DNA from: a bacterium
Lineage (GTDB): Bacteria > JADJOY01
Length of the DNA stretch: 64,000 bases
NCBI GenBank assembly: GCA_046331705.1
Contig: JAXLQJ010000003.1
Location: 124,001 to 188,000, forward strand
Direction of reading: 5' to 3'
Shown here: positions 1-9,392 of the stretch, one piece after another
Layout: each line of letters opens with the position of its first letter
How positions within the stretch are numbered: position 1 is the first letter of the stretch
Translations under genes and position numbers: made by a program
The notes under the pieces: model-generated
Seen by the model: only the letters and a program-made list of their open reading frames with translations
What the model was told of the DNA's origin: nothing
The model's database searches: none

Positions 1-2617
1 TGAACTGGGGCGCGTAGCGGCGGCCGGCGAGGTCGATCTTGTCGTCGTCGGAATAGACGAGATCGGTGTCGGGATGCTCGGCGAGGTGAAGCGCGACCTC
101 GCCCAGCGCATCCGGGGCGAGCTCGTCGTCCTGATCGAGGAACGCCAGGAACTCGCCGGTCGCGAGCGCCGCGGCGCTGTTGGTGGCGCGGCTGATGTGA
201 CCGTTCTCCGCGCGGCAAACGAGCCGAATGCGCCGATCGCGCTCGGCCCAGCGCGCCAGCGAGGCGCGCACCGCGGGGTTGGTGCTGGCGTCGTCGGCGA
301 GGCAGAGCTCCCAGCTCTCGTAGACCTGGCTTCGCACCGACTCGATGGCGCGGTCGAGCAGCTCGAGCGGTGGGTCGTAGACCGGCATCACCACCGCGAT
401 CTTGGGCAGCACGTCGCCAGCGCGCTCGAGCCGTAGCTCGAGCTCGCGCGCCGCGTCGGCGTGCCACGCGTTCACGCGGAGCCACGCGGCGTACGCGTCC
501 TCGCGCCTCGGCGGCGCGACACCGGGTGGCAGGCAGCTTCCGGCCGAGACGCGAAAGCGCTCGCGATAGAGCCGCGCGGCGTGCGCCACCAGTGCGGGCA
601 GCCGGCGCAGCGGCGGAACGCCTCCACGGCGGCGGCGGTAGTCGCTGGCGAGCCCGGTCGCGAACCGCACCAGCTCACGAGCGCCTTCGACTCGACGAGC
701 CACCGCGCGCCCGAAGTCGCCGACCCATTCCGGCAGCACCAGGAAGGGCCGCGGAATGGGGTGCGTGAGGACCACGCCGGAAGCCAGCTCGGCCAGGAGC
801 ACCACCGAACGGATTCCGGTCGGCAGACGGATCACGCCGTCGAATCCGCAGCGCACGTCGGGTGCGACGTCCTCGAAGGCTTGCGCGACGTCCGGTCGCT
901 CGAACCCGTAGCGGGTGTCGGTGCGCACCGACCCGGATTGGAGCGCGAGCCGGACCACGCGGTCGCCCGGGCAGAAGCACCAGCCGGCGACGCGTTGACG
1001 CGGGCCAGCCAGGCGCAGCCGGCGCGGCTCGTCGACGTGCGCCCGAAGCTCCGGGCCCGTGCGCTCGATGGGGATCACCGCCACGCGCTCCCAGCGGCCG
1101 CGTCCGCGGTCGACCTCGAAGACCAGGCGCTGGGTGTGCGACGGGATCGTCGTCATCGCGACGAAGCCGGAGGTCGCGGCGCCGGGGATGTGCGGGTGCA
1201 TCGCCGCGACGTCGCGGCGCTCGAAACCGAGCGACGCGGGCGAGATCTCGGCGCCGGCCCACACGCGCAACGCCGAGATCGGCGGCCCATCGACCGTCAG
1301 CACCCAACCGGTGATCTCGCGCACGCCACCCTCGGCGCGTCCCAGCGTCAACGGCGGAGTGGCGAACAGCAGCTCGCTGGTCTCGATCAAGAGGTGACGC
1401 GACGAGCCAGCTCGATGCAACGGCTCCACCGCCCACTCGAGCTCCGCGCACTCGCGGTCGCGCTCCTCGAGCGTCGCGCAGAGCTCGGAGGCGCGCGCCG
1501 TCGCCGCGTCGAGCGCGCGCGCGCTGCGCGCCAGCTCCTCGACGCGCGCCGCGTCACGACGATCGCGCTCGGCGTGCGCGGCGCGGGCGGACTCGATCTC
1601 GCGGCCCAGCTCCTCGAGAATCCCCCGCGCACGCGCGAGCTCCGCCTCGCGCGCGTCGAGCTCCTCGCGCAGCACACGCACCGCCCAGCGGCCGCGGATC
1701 GCGTCGGGCTCGCTCGGATCGCTCTCCCGCTCCGCGGAAGGAACGGGCGATGGCGCGCCGGCGGCGCCCGCACGGACGAGCGGCATCTCGCCGAGCAACG
1801 CGCACGCGCCGGCCACCGAGGGCGCGAGCGCGTCGAGCGCGGCGGCGAGCGGCACCTCGCTCGCGCGGTCGGCGGCTTCGGCGGCGAGCGCCACATGACA
1901 CGCCTCGAGCCAGGGATGCAGCGGCGCCCCCCGATGCGTGGGCCGCGCTCGCTCCAGCGCCGGATCGAGGAAGGCGCGGATGCGCGCGAGCGTCGCCGTG
2001 TCCGGCGCGAGCTCGCGCAGGCCGAGCCGGGCGAGGATCCGCTCGATCTCCGTGTGCGGATCGTCGAGCAGCGCGTGGTAGGAGACGAAGACCCGCGGAT
2101 CGGCCCGGGTCTCGCGCTCGGCGATCAGCATGTGGTCGAGATAGAGGAGCCCCGCGCGCCACGGCGCCAGCCCATCGCGCTCCTCGAGCGAGCGGGCGAC
2201 CTCGCGGGGATCGCGCACCGTGATCACGAACGCCGGCCGCACCGCGAGCTTCGCGAGCACCGGACGCCAGAGCGCGAGCAGCCGGCAGAGCCGGGGATCC
2301 TTGACCACCCAGATCGGCGACGGAGCCAGCTCGCGCGTCACCAGCGCCTCGAGCTCGGCGGCGAGCGCGAGGCTCTCGGCGCGCTCCGTCCAGCCCGCGG
2401 GAAGCGGCGCCAGCCCGCTCCACGCCAGGCCCAGCGACGCGAGCAAGCGCTCGTGGATGCGCACGATCCCGGCGTGCTCGAAATGCCCGGACTCGTTGAA
2501 GGGGCTGGCGGCGACGAGATCGCTACCCAGCTCCGCCCCGAGCATCGACAACGCCCCCGTCACCGCGGAGGTGCCGCTGCGGTGCATGCCGAGCACGATG
2601 ACGGCGCGCGACCTCAA
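1..2617 (-). CDS. Sulfotransferase-family domain + coiled-coil + GT2 glycosyltransferase fusion (3' end runs off the window)
   Basis: Not in the ORF track; both ends translated by hand. TTG start at 2617 after AGGAG, directly behind the wzt stop. N-terminus RAVIVLGMHRSGTSAV...NESGHFE...VVKDPR is a PAPS-binding sulfotransferase-type motif set. An Ala/Glu/Arg-rich helical middle follows. The same frame at 1-150 reads AFLDQDDELAPDAL...VYSDDDKID...YAPQF (GT2, RfbC-like). Confidence 0.88.
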   Translation of the reverse strand, partial: MRSRAVIVLGMHRSGTSAVTGALSMLGAELGSDLVAASPFNESGHFEHAGIVRIHERLLASLGLAWSGLAPLPAGWTERAESLALAAELEALVTRELAPSPIWVVKDPRLCRLLALWRPVLAKLAVRPAFVITVRDPREVARSLEERDGLAPWRAGLLYLDHMLIAERETRADPRVFVSYHALLDDPHTEIERILARLGLRELAPDTATLARIRAFLDPALERARPTHRGAPLHPWLEACHVALAAEAADRASEVPLAAALDALAPSVAGACALLGEMPLVRAGAAGAPSPVPSAERESDPSEPDAIRGRWAVRVLREELDAREAELARARGILEELGREIESARAAHAERDRRDAARVEELARSARALDAATARASELCATLEERDRECAELEWAVEPLHRAGSSRHLLIETSELLFATPPLTLGRAEGGVREITGWVLTVDGPPISALRVWAGAEISPASLGFERRDVAAMHPHIPGAATSGFVAMTTIPSHTQRLVFEVDRGRGRWERVAVIPIERTGPELRAHVDEPRRLRLAGPRQRVAGWCFCPGDRVVRLALQSGSVRTDTRYGFERPDVAQAFEDVAPDVRCGFDGVIRLPTGIRSVVLLAELASGVVLTHPIPRPFLVLPEWVGDFGRAVARRVEGARELVRFATGLASDYRRRRGGVPPLRRLPALVAHAARLYRERFRVSAGSCLPPGVAPPRREDAYAAWLRVNAWHADAARELELRLERAGDVLPKIAVVMPVYDPPLELLDRAIESVRSQVYESWELCLADDASTNPAVRASLARWAERDRRIRLVCRAENGHISRATNSAAALATGEFLAFLDQDDELAPDALGEVALHLAEHPDTDLVYSDDDKIDLAGRRYAPQF

Positions 2618-2627
2618 GGCCCGCTCC

Positions 2628-4031
2628 TCACTCGGCCGCGAGCACGCGCACGCCTGCGGCGCTCGCGGCGGCTGCGATCCCGACCTCGGGCTCGACCAGG
2701 AAGTCCACGTTCCCCGTCGCCGTCAGGTCGACCTCGGGCTGGATGCGGAACGCGAACGCGTCGATGTACCGGTGCAGGAACACTTCTTCTCCGTCGACGA
2801 TGCCGACCACGCCCGCGTTCAGGAAATAAACCCCGGGCGTGAGCAGGGCTTTGAAGCGAAACACGATCTCGGCGATCTGGCCCGGCTCGACGTGATCGAG
2901 ACCCTGCGCGGGAGCGTGGCTGACCGCGCCGCCGAGCTCGAAGCCGGTGAGCGTCTTGATCAGCATGCCGAAGCGCACCTGGAAGGCGGGCGCGCTGAAG
3001 CGCACGCGGTAGGTGTAGAGGTACTCGCGACGGCGCGTGAGGACGTTCACGCGCAGCCCCGAGAGCGTCCGCACCTCGGGGTCGAGGATCTCGGCGCCGC
3101 GCGGCACGTAGGAGAGCGACGACGCGGAGACGAGCCCGGGATCGAAGCGATCGCCGAGCTCTTCGCCGGGCATCTCCGGCGGCGGATCCCCACTCGGCGA
3201 GCCGCGAGCCGCGGCGCCGTCGCGCGCGGCGCTGCGGATCTGCTCGCGGATCTCCGCCTGCCGCGCTGCCGGCGCGAAGAGCAGCTTGTGGTAGTGCGCA
3301 ACGATCTCCTTGGGCGGACCGGCGAGCAAGCGCTCGCCACCGTCGAGCAAGACCGCCCAATCGCATAGCTCCACCACCGCCGAGGCCGAGTGCGACACGA
3401 ACAGGATCGTGCCGCCCCGCTCCTGGATCTCGCGGATCCGCGCGAAGCATTTGCGCTGGAACGCCTCGTCGCCGACGCTCAATGCCTCGTCCACGATGAG
3501 CACGTCCGGTGCCGTGGAGATGGCCACGGCGAACGCCAGACGCACGAACATCCCGCTCGAATAGGTCCGCACGGGCCGATCGAGGAAATCGCCGATGTCG
3601 GCGAACCGCGCTGCGCTCTCGAGGCTGGTCTCGAGCTCGTCGCCGCGCAGACCTTGCAGCGTCGCCTGGAAGATCGCGTTCTCGCGCCCGGTGAACTCCG
3701 GGTTGAAGCCGCTGCCGAGCTCGAGCAACGCCGCGAGCCGGCCGTTCACGCTCACCTCGCCCGCGCTGGCGGTGAGCGTGCCCGCCACCAGCTGCAGGAG
3801 CGTGCTCTTGCCGGAGCCGTTGCGACCGACGATTCCGACCGTGTGGCCGCGCGGGACCTCGAGGGACACGTCGCGCAACGCCCAGAAGAGCGCCGCGCGG
3901 GCACGGCCCGGCCTGAGCAGATCCTTGAGGCGATCCAGGGGCTCGGTGTACTTCGAGTACGCCTTCGAGACGCGGTTCAAGGTGACCGCGGCTGGCTCCG
4001 CGTCGTTGCGTCGCTGCATGGCGGCGATCAC
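2628..4031 (-). CDS. wzt: Polysaccharide ABC transporter ATP-binding protein with C-terminal carbohydrate-binding (Wzt_C) domain
   Basis: FWALRDVSL, Walker A GRNGSGKST, YSSGMFVRLAF, Walker B LIVDEALSVGD, plus a C-terminal Ig-like extension (LTPGVYFL). GTG overlaps the wzm stop (GTGA); alternative ATG at 4019. Confidence 0.93.
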   Translation of the reverse strand: MIAAMQRRNDAEPAAVTLNRVSKAYSKYTEPLDRLKDLLRPGRARAALFWALRDVSLEVPRGHTVGIVGRNGSGKSTLLQLVAGTLTASAGEVSVNGRLAALLELGSGFNPEFTGRENAIFQATLQGLRGDELETSLESAARFADIGDFLDRPVRTYSSGMFVRLAFAVAISTAPDVLIVDEALSVGDEAFQRKCFARIREIQERGGTILFVSHSASAVVELCDWAVLLDGGERLLAGPPKEIVAHYHKLLFAPAARQAEIREQIRSAARDGAAARGSPSGDPPPEMPGEELGDRFDPGLVSASSLSYVPRGAEILDPEVRTLSGLRVNVLTRRREYLYTYRVRFSAPAFQVRFGMLIKTLTGFELGGAVSHAPAQGLDHVEPGQIAEIVFRFKALLTPGVYFLNAGVVGIVDGEEVFLHRYIDAFAFRIQPEVDLTATGNVDFLVEPEVGIAAAASAAGVRVLAAE

Positions 4032-4876
4032 AGGACGTCGGCGAACGCGTGCTTGGTCTTCATGAACCAGGTGTAGCCGAGCACCATCCACGCACCCGTC
4101 ACGCCCGACCAGATCCCGAAACCGGTCCAATCCGGCAGCTGCGCCCACAGCACCACGCGCCGGAAGCTCTCGACCGTCCACGTCATCGGATTGAGCGGCA
4201 TCCAGGCGCGATACGCCTCGGGCACCGCCTCGAGCGGGTAGAAGATCGGGCTCAAGAAGAGCAACACCTGGAGCAGCAAGCCGATCACCAGGCCCAGGTC
4301 GCGCACGAAGACGCCCAGGCTCGCGAGAAACCACGTGAGCCCGAGGGTGAGCATGATCAACGGCAGCGCGACGACCGGTACCAGGACCAGCGTCCACGCC
4401 AGCGTGCGGGTCATCACGAGCGAAGCGGCGACCAGCACCCCCAGGCTCACCAGCGCGTGGAAGATCGCGCCGCCGACCAAGCTGAACGCGAGGATCTCGA
4501 GGGGGAAGACGGTCCGCTTCACGTAGCTCGGCACCGACGTGACGAGCGACGGGCCCCGCGTCCCACACTCGCTCAGCAACGCGAACGGCACCAGCCCGCA
4601 GAAAAGCGTGAGCGCGAAGTCCCCGAGCCCGCGCTGGTCCAGGCCGGGCCAGCGCGACCGGAAGATGCGCCCGAACACGAAGGTGTAGATCGCGAGCAAT
4701 GCCAGCGGCTGGAGAAAGGCCCACAGGCCGCCCAGCAACGATCCACGGTAGCGCGCCTGGATGTCGCGACGGATCAAGCTCGCGACCAGCGTCCGCGCGT
4801 CGATCAACGCGCGCAACGAACCCGGCCGACCACGCGTCGGGTCCGACGGCGCTGTGCTCACTCTCGCAGGCTCCAC
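4028..4876 (-). CDS. wzm: Polysaccharide ABC transporter permease
   Basis: RDIQARYRGSLLGGLWAFLQPL, FLSPIFYP and LNPM motifs; six hydrophobic segments. Confidence 0.93.
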   Translation of the reverse strand: MEPARVSTAPSDPTRGRPGSLRALIDARTLVASLIRRDIQARYRGSLLGGLWAFLQPLALLAIYTFVFGRIFRSRWPGLDQRGLGDFALTLFCGLVPFALLSECGTRGPSLVTSVPSYVKRTVFPLEILAFSLVGGAIFHALVSLGVLVAASLVMTRTLAWTLVLVPVVALPLIMLTLGLTWFLASLGVFVRDLGLVIGLLLQVLLFLSPIFYPLEAVPEAYRAWMPLNPMTWTVESFRRVVLWAQLPDWTGFGIWSGVTGAWMVLGYTWFMKTKHAFADVL

Positions 4877-4885
4877 GGCGCGGCG

Positions 4886-4894
4886 AGTCTAGCA
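4886..4894 (-). promoter_or_regulatory. Possible extended -10 element (TGCTAGACT) for wzm-wzt
   Basis: TGn-TAGACT lies 9 nt upstream of the wzm GTG; no clear RBS, so a short-leader or leaderless transcript is possible. Confidence 0.35.
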
Positions 4895-5384
4895 GGGCGC
4901 CATCGCCCGGCCGCAGGTGGTCGGCCCACCATCGCCGTGGCCGAGCGGCGCCCGCCCGCCCCGAGAAACCAAGGCTCTGGACGCGGCGGACCTGGCCGGC
5001 ACCGAACATGCACGATCTTCGGATGGCTCGATGACGGAACCGGGAGCGCGATCTCAGGAACCGGGCGAATCCGCGGAGTGTCGGCGATGAACGCCAGCCG
5101 GTCGACGAACCCAGCGCCAGGGGTCAGGCGTCGAGTCGGCCCACGAATGGCCCCCGCCGCACGCGTGGTGGGAGTGAACGACCGCGTGGCTCCGCCGCCG
5201 GACCTCCTCTCGAGCGCAGCGTGGCCGGTCCCGACGCCCCGCAACGGGCCGGCGGACGTTCGTTGCGGCTCGGAAACCCGACCGGCGTCCTCCCGCCTCG
5301 CCCCTGAGTCGGACGGGAAACGTCGCCGCGCGACCCGGCGGGCCGCGATCCAACCGACGCGACGGTTGCACTCGTCGAGATTGC

Positions 5385-5414
5385 TTGCGATGATTCGAAC
5401 CTATCCAGTACGAT
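5385..5414 (+). promoter_or_regulatory. Putative sigma70-type promoter of the 5465 gene
   Basis: TTGCGA-18 nt-TACGAT in a locally AT-richer patch about 50 nt upstream of the ATG. Confidence 0.4.
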
Positions 5415-5464
5415 GAGCTGAACGGCCGCCGGTGGACGGCGCCCGGTTCCGAGGCGAGGAACAC

Positions 5465-6127
5465 ATGATCCGTACACACACCCAATGGCGCTCTGCATTT
5501 CTCACCACGGCGATCGTCGCCGCGCTCGTCGCCATCGGCGGCGTCGCGAAGGCCGCGCCGACCCTGAACGTCAATGCGAGCGCCGCCATGGGTGGCAGCT
5601 CGCAGGGGCTCCAGGCCACGCCCGACGGCAGCCTCGATCCGAACGGTGACGTGTACGTTCAGGACGACACGCCTGCCAACGAGGGCCACTACCACTTCAG
5701 CTTCTACTTCGATCCCAACAGCTTCGACCCCGGCGAGGCGCAGAACCACAAGCGCATCCGGCTCTTCATCGGCTACAAGGACAACAGCGGCTCCTTGCAG
5801 CGCGCGATCGTGATCGTGATGATCCGCAACGGCGGCAGCTACACGATCTTCGCGCGGCCCCGTACCGACGACGGCGGCACCGCGGATACGGGCTCGTACG
5901 CCATCACCGACGGACCGCACCTCCTCGACTTCGACCTGACCACGGCCACCAACGGCAGCTCGGCGGACGGCGTGCTCTCGATGTCGATCGACGGCGTGCT
6001 CAAGGAAACCAAGACCGGTATCCAGAACAACCTGCGCAAGATCGACACGGTCCGCCTCGGCGCCATGACCGTGAAGGGCGGCGCGAGCGGATCGATCTAT
6101 CTGGACGAGTTCAAGTCGAACCGCTGA
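5465..6127 (+). CDS. Secreted 220-aa beta-sandwich (jelly-roll/ConA-like) protein; candidate acceptor for the FxDGFExG..W tag
   Basis: AGGA RBS. Signal peptide MIRTHTQWRSAFLTTAIVAALVAIGGVAKA|A. Mature part is beta-rich (YVQDDTPANE..YHFSFYFDPN, LSMSIDG, IDTVRLGA) and ends GSIYLDEFKSNR. Followed by a strong terminator. Confidence 0.85.
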   Translation: MIRTHTQWRSAFLTTAIVAALVAIGGVAKAAPTLNVNASAAMGGSSQGLQATPDGSLDPNGDVYVQDDTPANEGHYHFSFYFDPNSFDPGEAQNHKRIRLFIGYKDNSGSLQRAIVIVMIRNGGSYTIFARPRTDDGGTADTGSYAITDGPHLLDFDLTTATNGSSADGVLSMSIDGVLKETKTGIQNNLRKIDTVRLGAMTVKGGASGSIYLDEFKSNR

Positions 6128-6164
6128 TCCATCGCGATCGTGACGTGCGCTGAGCGGCGCACGG

Positions 6165-6203
6165 GAAAGGGCCCTTCCCACGGAAGGGCCCTTTCGCTTT
6201 CTC
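6165..6203 (+). terminator. Intrinsic terminator hairpin
   Basis: Perfect 14-bp inverted repeat GAAAGGGCCCTTCC-cac-GGAAGGGCCCTTTC followed by GCTTTCTC, about 40 nt after the 6127 stop. Confidence 0.85.
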
Positions 6204-6238
6204 GGCGCGGGCACGACGCGCCTCGCGAGTCCCCGATC

Positions 6239-7780
6239 ATGCTTCCGCATCGAGATCGCGCCCGGCGCCCCACCCCGCACCGCGCCCCACGCCCGCCGAC
6301 GCGTCGACGGCAGCGAGCCCGACCCGAGAACGCCGCCGGCATCGGCACGACGCGGGCGCGCCTCGTGCCTCGCGTCGCCTCGCTCGTCGCGGTCACGCTG
6401 ATCGCCGTCGCGACGCGGGCGTGGGCCGCGGAGCCGACCCCGGCGCCGGCGACGGCGCTTCGCCCGAGCGTGGTTCTGGTCACCGTGGACACGCTGCGCG
6501 CCGACGCGCTCGGCTGCTACGGTGCGGGCGCGGGCGCCACGCCCAACCTCGATCGGGTGGCGGCGGAGGGCGCCCAGTTCCTGAACGCGGCGTGCCCGAT
6601 GCCGCACACGCGCCCTTCCCATTTCTCGATCCTGACCGGGCTCTACCCACGCGACCACGGCGTGGTGAACAACTTGATCGCGCTGCCCGAGCAAGCGACG
6701 ACGCTCGCCGAGGTCTTGAGCGACGCTGGCTACGCGAGCGCGGCGTTCGTGGGCGCCGTGCACCTGAACCGGGCCTCGGGCGCCGCGCAGGGCTTCGACG
6801 AGCTATCGGCTCCCGCCGAGCCGGCGACCTGGACCGCCGATCAGGTGGTGTCGCGAGCGCTCGCTTGGCTGCGCAACGCCGCCAATCAACAGCGCCCGTT
6901 CCTGCTCTGGATCCATCTCTTCGATCCGCACCTGCCGTACGCGCCACCGGCGGCGTTCCGACCGCCGAGCCCCGCCGGCGCGCTCTCCGAGGTCTCTTGG
7001 CCGATCCTGCTCGACGTCGCGCGCCAACATGGCGGCGATGTCCCGGGGGCGGTGCGCGACCGAGCGCGCGCGCTCTACCAGGGCGAGGCGCGCTTCGTCG
7101 ATCACGAGATCGGCCGCGTGATCGAGCTTCTGCGCGAGCACGATCGCCTCGACCGCACGATCCTCGCGGTCACCGCCGATCACGGGGAATGCTTCGATCA
7201 CGGAGTCTTCTTCGATCACTCCGACTGCCTCTACGACGGTGCCATCCAGGTGCCGTTGCTGGTGCGCTACCCGCCCGCGGTGGCCAGCGCGCAGCGCCTC
7301 GGCGGCCAGGTCGAGCTGCGGCGGCTCCCGGCGACGATCCTGCGCCTGGCGGGGATCGCAGCGCCACCGCCCTTCGAGCCCGAGACGCTCTTCGAGCAAG
7401 CCGCGGATCCCCACGCGATGGCGTTCGTGGAGCGCGCGTTCTATCCCGCGGGGAGCGCCGAGCGACGTGACCAGCGCCTCACGACGATCCGCACGGTGGG
7501 CGGCGAGCCGATCCGCCCGCTCGATCCCGAGCAAGACTGGGTTGGTGTGCGCACCTCGGCGTGGAAATACCTGCGAATGGGCGAGCGCCGCGAGCTCTAC
7601 GACCTCACCGCCGACCCGCGGGAGCGAGCCAACGTGAGTGCCGAGCGGCCCGCGATCCGCGACCCGCTCGACGCCGCCCTCACCACCTGGCTCGGCGCCC
7701 ATCCCATTCGCGTCCTCGACGCCGGCCAGATCAACGAGCGACTGCGCGAATCGCTCGAGGCGCTCGGCTACACCCATTGA
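6239..7780 (+). CDS. Sulfatase-like (alkaline phosphatase superfamily) hydrolase/transferase, Thr-nucleophile type
   Basis: VVLVTVDTLRADALGCYG, PHTRPSHFSILTG, HLFDPHLPY, TADHGE, ELYDLTADPRE, C-terminal LEALGY. N-terminal signal/TM segment; start uncertain. Confidence 0.9.
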   Translation: MLPHRDRARRPTPHRAPRPPTRRRQRARPENAAGIGTTRARLVPRVASLVAVTLIAVATRAWAAEPTPAPATALRPSVVLVTVDTLRADALGCYGAGAGATPNLDRVAAEGAQFLNAACPMPHTRPSHFSILTGLYPRDHGVVNNLIALPEQATTLAEVLSDAGYASAAFVGAVHLNRASGAAQGFDELSAPAEPATWTADQVVSRALAWLRNAANQQRPFLLWIHLFDPHLPYAPPAAFRPPSPAGALSEVSWPILLDVARQHGGDVPGAVRDRARALYQGEARFVDHEIGRVIELLREHDRLDRTILAVTADHGECFDHGVFFDHSDCLYDGAIQVPLLVRYPPAVASAQRLGGQVELRRLPATILRLAGIAAPPPFEPETLFEQAADPHAMAFVERAFYPAGSAERRDQRLTTIRTVGGEPIRPLDPEQDWVGVRTSAWKYLRMGERRELYDLTADPRERANVSAERPAIRDPLDAALTTWLGAHPIRVLDAGQINERLRESLEALGYTH

Positions 7781-7788
7781 CCCGCGCG

Positions 7789-9329
7789 ATGGACCAGCCG
7801 CTCAGCGAGCCGCCGGCGCCCCGCCATCCTCCCGCGGCCGCGCGCGGATGGCGCGCCGTGTGGCGTCCCGACCGCTGGACCGCGCTCGCGGCGATGATGG
7901 CGATCGCACATTTCGCGTCGTTCCCCGCGCGCACCCATCCGATCGCGACCGACATCCGCTACTACGTCTACTACGCGGCCGAGTTGGCCCGCGGCCGCGT
8001 GCTCTATCGCGACACGTTCGATCCCAAGGGCCCGTTCGCCCCCGTGGTCGGCGCCGCGCTCCATCGGCTGGCGATGAAGCGGTCGGTGCCGATCCGCCTG
8101 CTCGGTGATCCGCCACGGCTTTCCTCGGCGCTGGCCAGCGTCGGCGCCGTCGGCGCGTTCTTGCTTGCATCGGCATCTCGCGGGCGGCCGCGCTGCCCTC
8201 GCCTTCGTCGGCCTGGCGGCCTATCTCGAACAGGCCTGCTCGGTAGCTCCTGCTCAAGAGGATCGGCAAGATCTGCAAGCTCGGCATGGACGGCGTGCGT
8301 GATCGCGGCGCTCTTCGTCGCACAGCGCGCGTGGCTGCTGGCGGGGATCGCCGCGGGGATCGCCGTTCTCGATCGGCAGATTGGCGCCGTCGCGGTGGCG
8401 GCGACCCTCGCGGCGTCGCTCTGCACCGAGCGCCACGTCCGCGCCGCGGCCGCCGCGCGCGTCGTGGCCGGCGTGCGCTCGCGCTCGCGCCCGTGGTCGC
8501 GGCTTCGCGGTGGCACCACGCTCGGCGACGCGCTTCGCGCACCGGTCGCGGCGTTCGCCCAGCACACCTCGGGGACAAGGCGGCGTGACTGCCGAAGCCG
8601 CGCGCCGGTGGGCGCTGGTGAGCAGTGCGTGCGGCCACCATGGCTCTTCGCTGCCGGGCTCGCGGGGATTCCCGTCTACGCCGGCTCGCTCACCCGGTCG
8701 CGGCGCGATCCCACACGCGCGGCGCCGATGCTCGCGATCGGACTCTGCCAGCTCGCCATCCTCGCGCTCAGCGCGTGGGAGCTGCAGGGCTACGGCGATC
8801 TCTTCGCGCTCCTCCACTGGCGTTCGGCGGATTCGCGCTGATCGCGCTCGGCGACGCGGCGCTCGCGCGCACCGACGCGGCGACCCGCAAGCCACGCCGG
8901 ACGCTCGCGGTGTTCCTGGCGCTGGCGCTCGTCGCCGCGCGGCCGTGGCAACCACGCGGCGAAGCGGCGCTCGCCACGCTCGCGACCCCGCGCGGAGTGA
9001 CGCTCGTCGAGCAGCGTGCCCTCGCTCGCGAGGTCGCGGACCGGCTCGGTGGACGGCGCGCGGCGTATCTCGGCCCGAGCGAGATTCCGTTCTTACTCGG
9101 CGTGAGCAACCCGGTGCCGTTCACGATCTGGCACGCCTCGGCGCACGCGTTCTACGCTCGGCCCGGCGAAGCGAGCTTCGACACCTTGTCCCGCATGTTG
9201 CACGACGCCGGGGTGGAGCTCGTGGTCACCGATCACGGCGTGCCGCCGGCACGGGACGGCGTGTTCGCGTTCCAGGAGACGATCGGCGACCCGAGCCGGT
9301 GTGCCGTCGACGTGTGGCACGTGCCGTGA
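7789..9329 (+). pseudogene. GT-C-fold membrane glycosyltransferase-like gene with multiple frameshifts (decay or sequencing error)
   Basis: Intact N-terminus (TDIRYYVYYA...GRVLYRDTFDPKGP). Hydrophobic TM-like text then switches frames repeatedly at about 8070-8820. After LQGYGDLFALL the C-terminus continues in the 8625-9329 frame. Confidence 0.7.
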
Positions 9330-9392
9330 TCGCCGCTCTCGCGGCGCGGTGACGAGCGCGAGGCCGAGGATCGCTGGCGATCGATCGAACGC

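Noticed and set aside
461-2842. 793-aa plus-strand ORF
   Set aside because: Arg/Ala-rich antisense shadow of the sulfotransferase-GT2 gene; no motifs.
9318-9329. CACGTGCCGTGA shared by the ends of the 9329 and 37521 genes (both end HVP*)
   Set aside because: Only 12 bp in very GC-rich DNA; the 9329 protein lacks the FxxxFExG motif, so probably coincidence.
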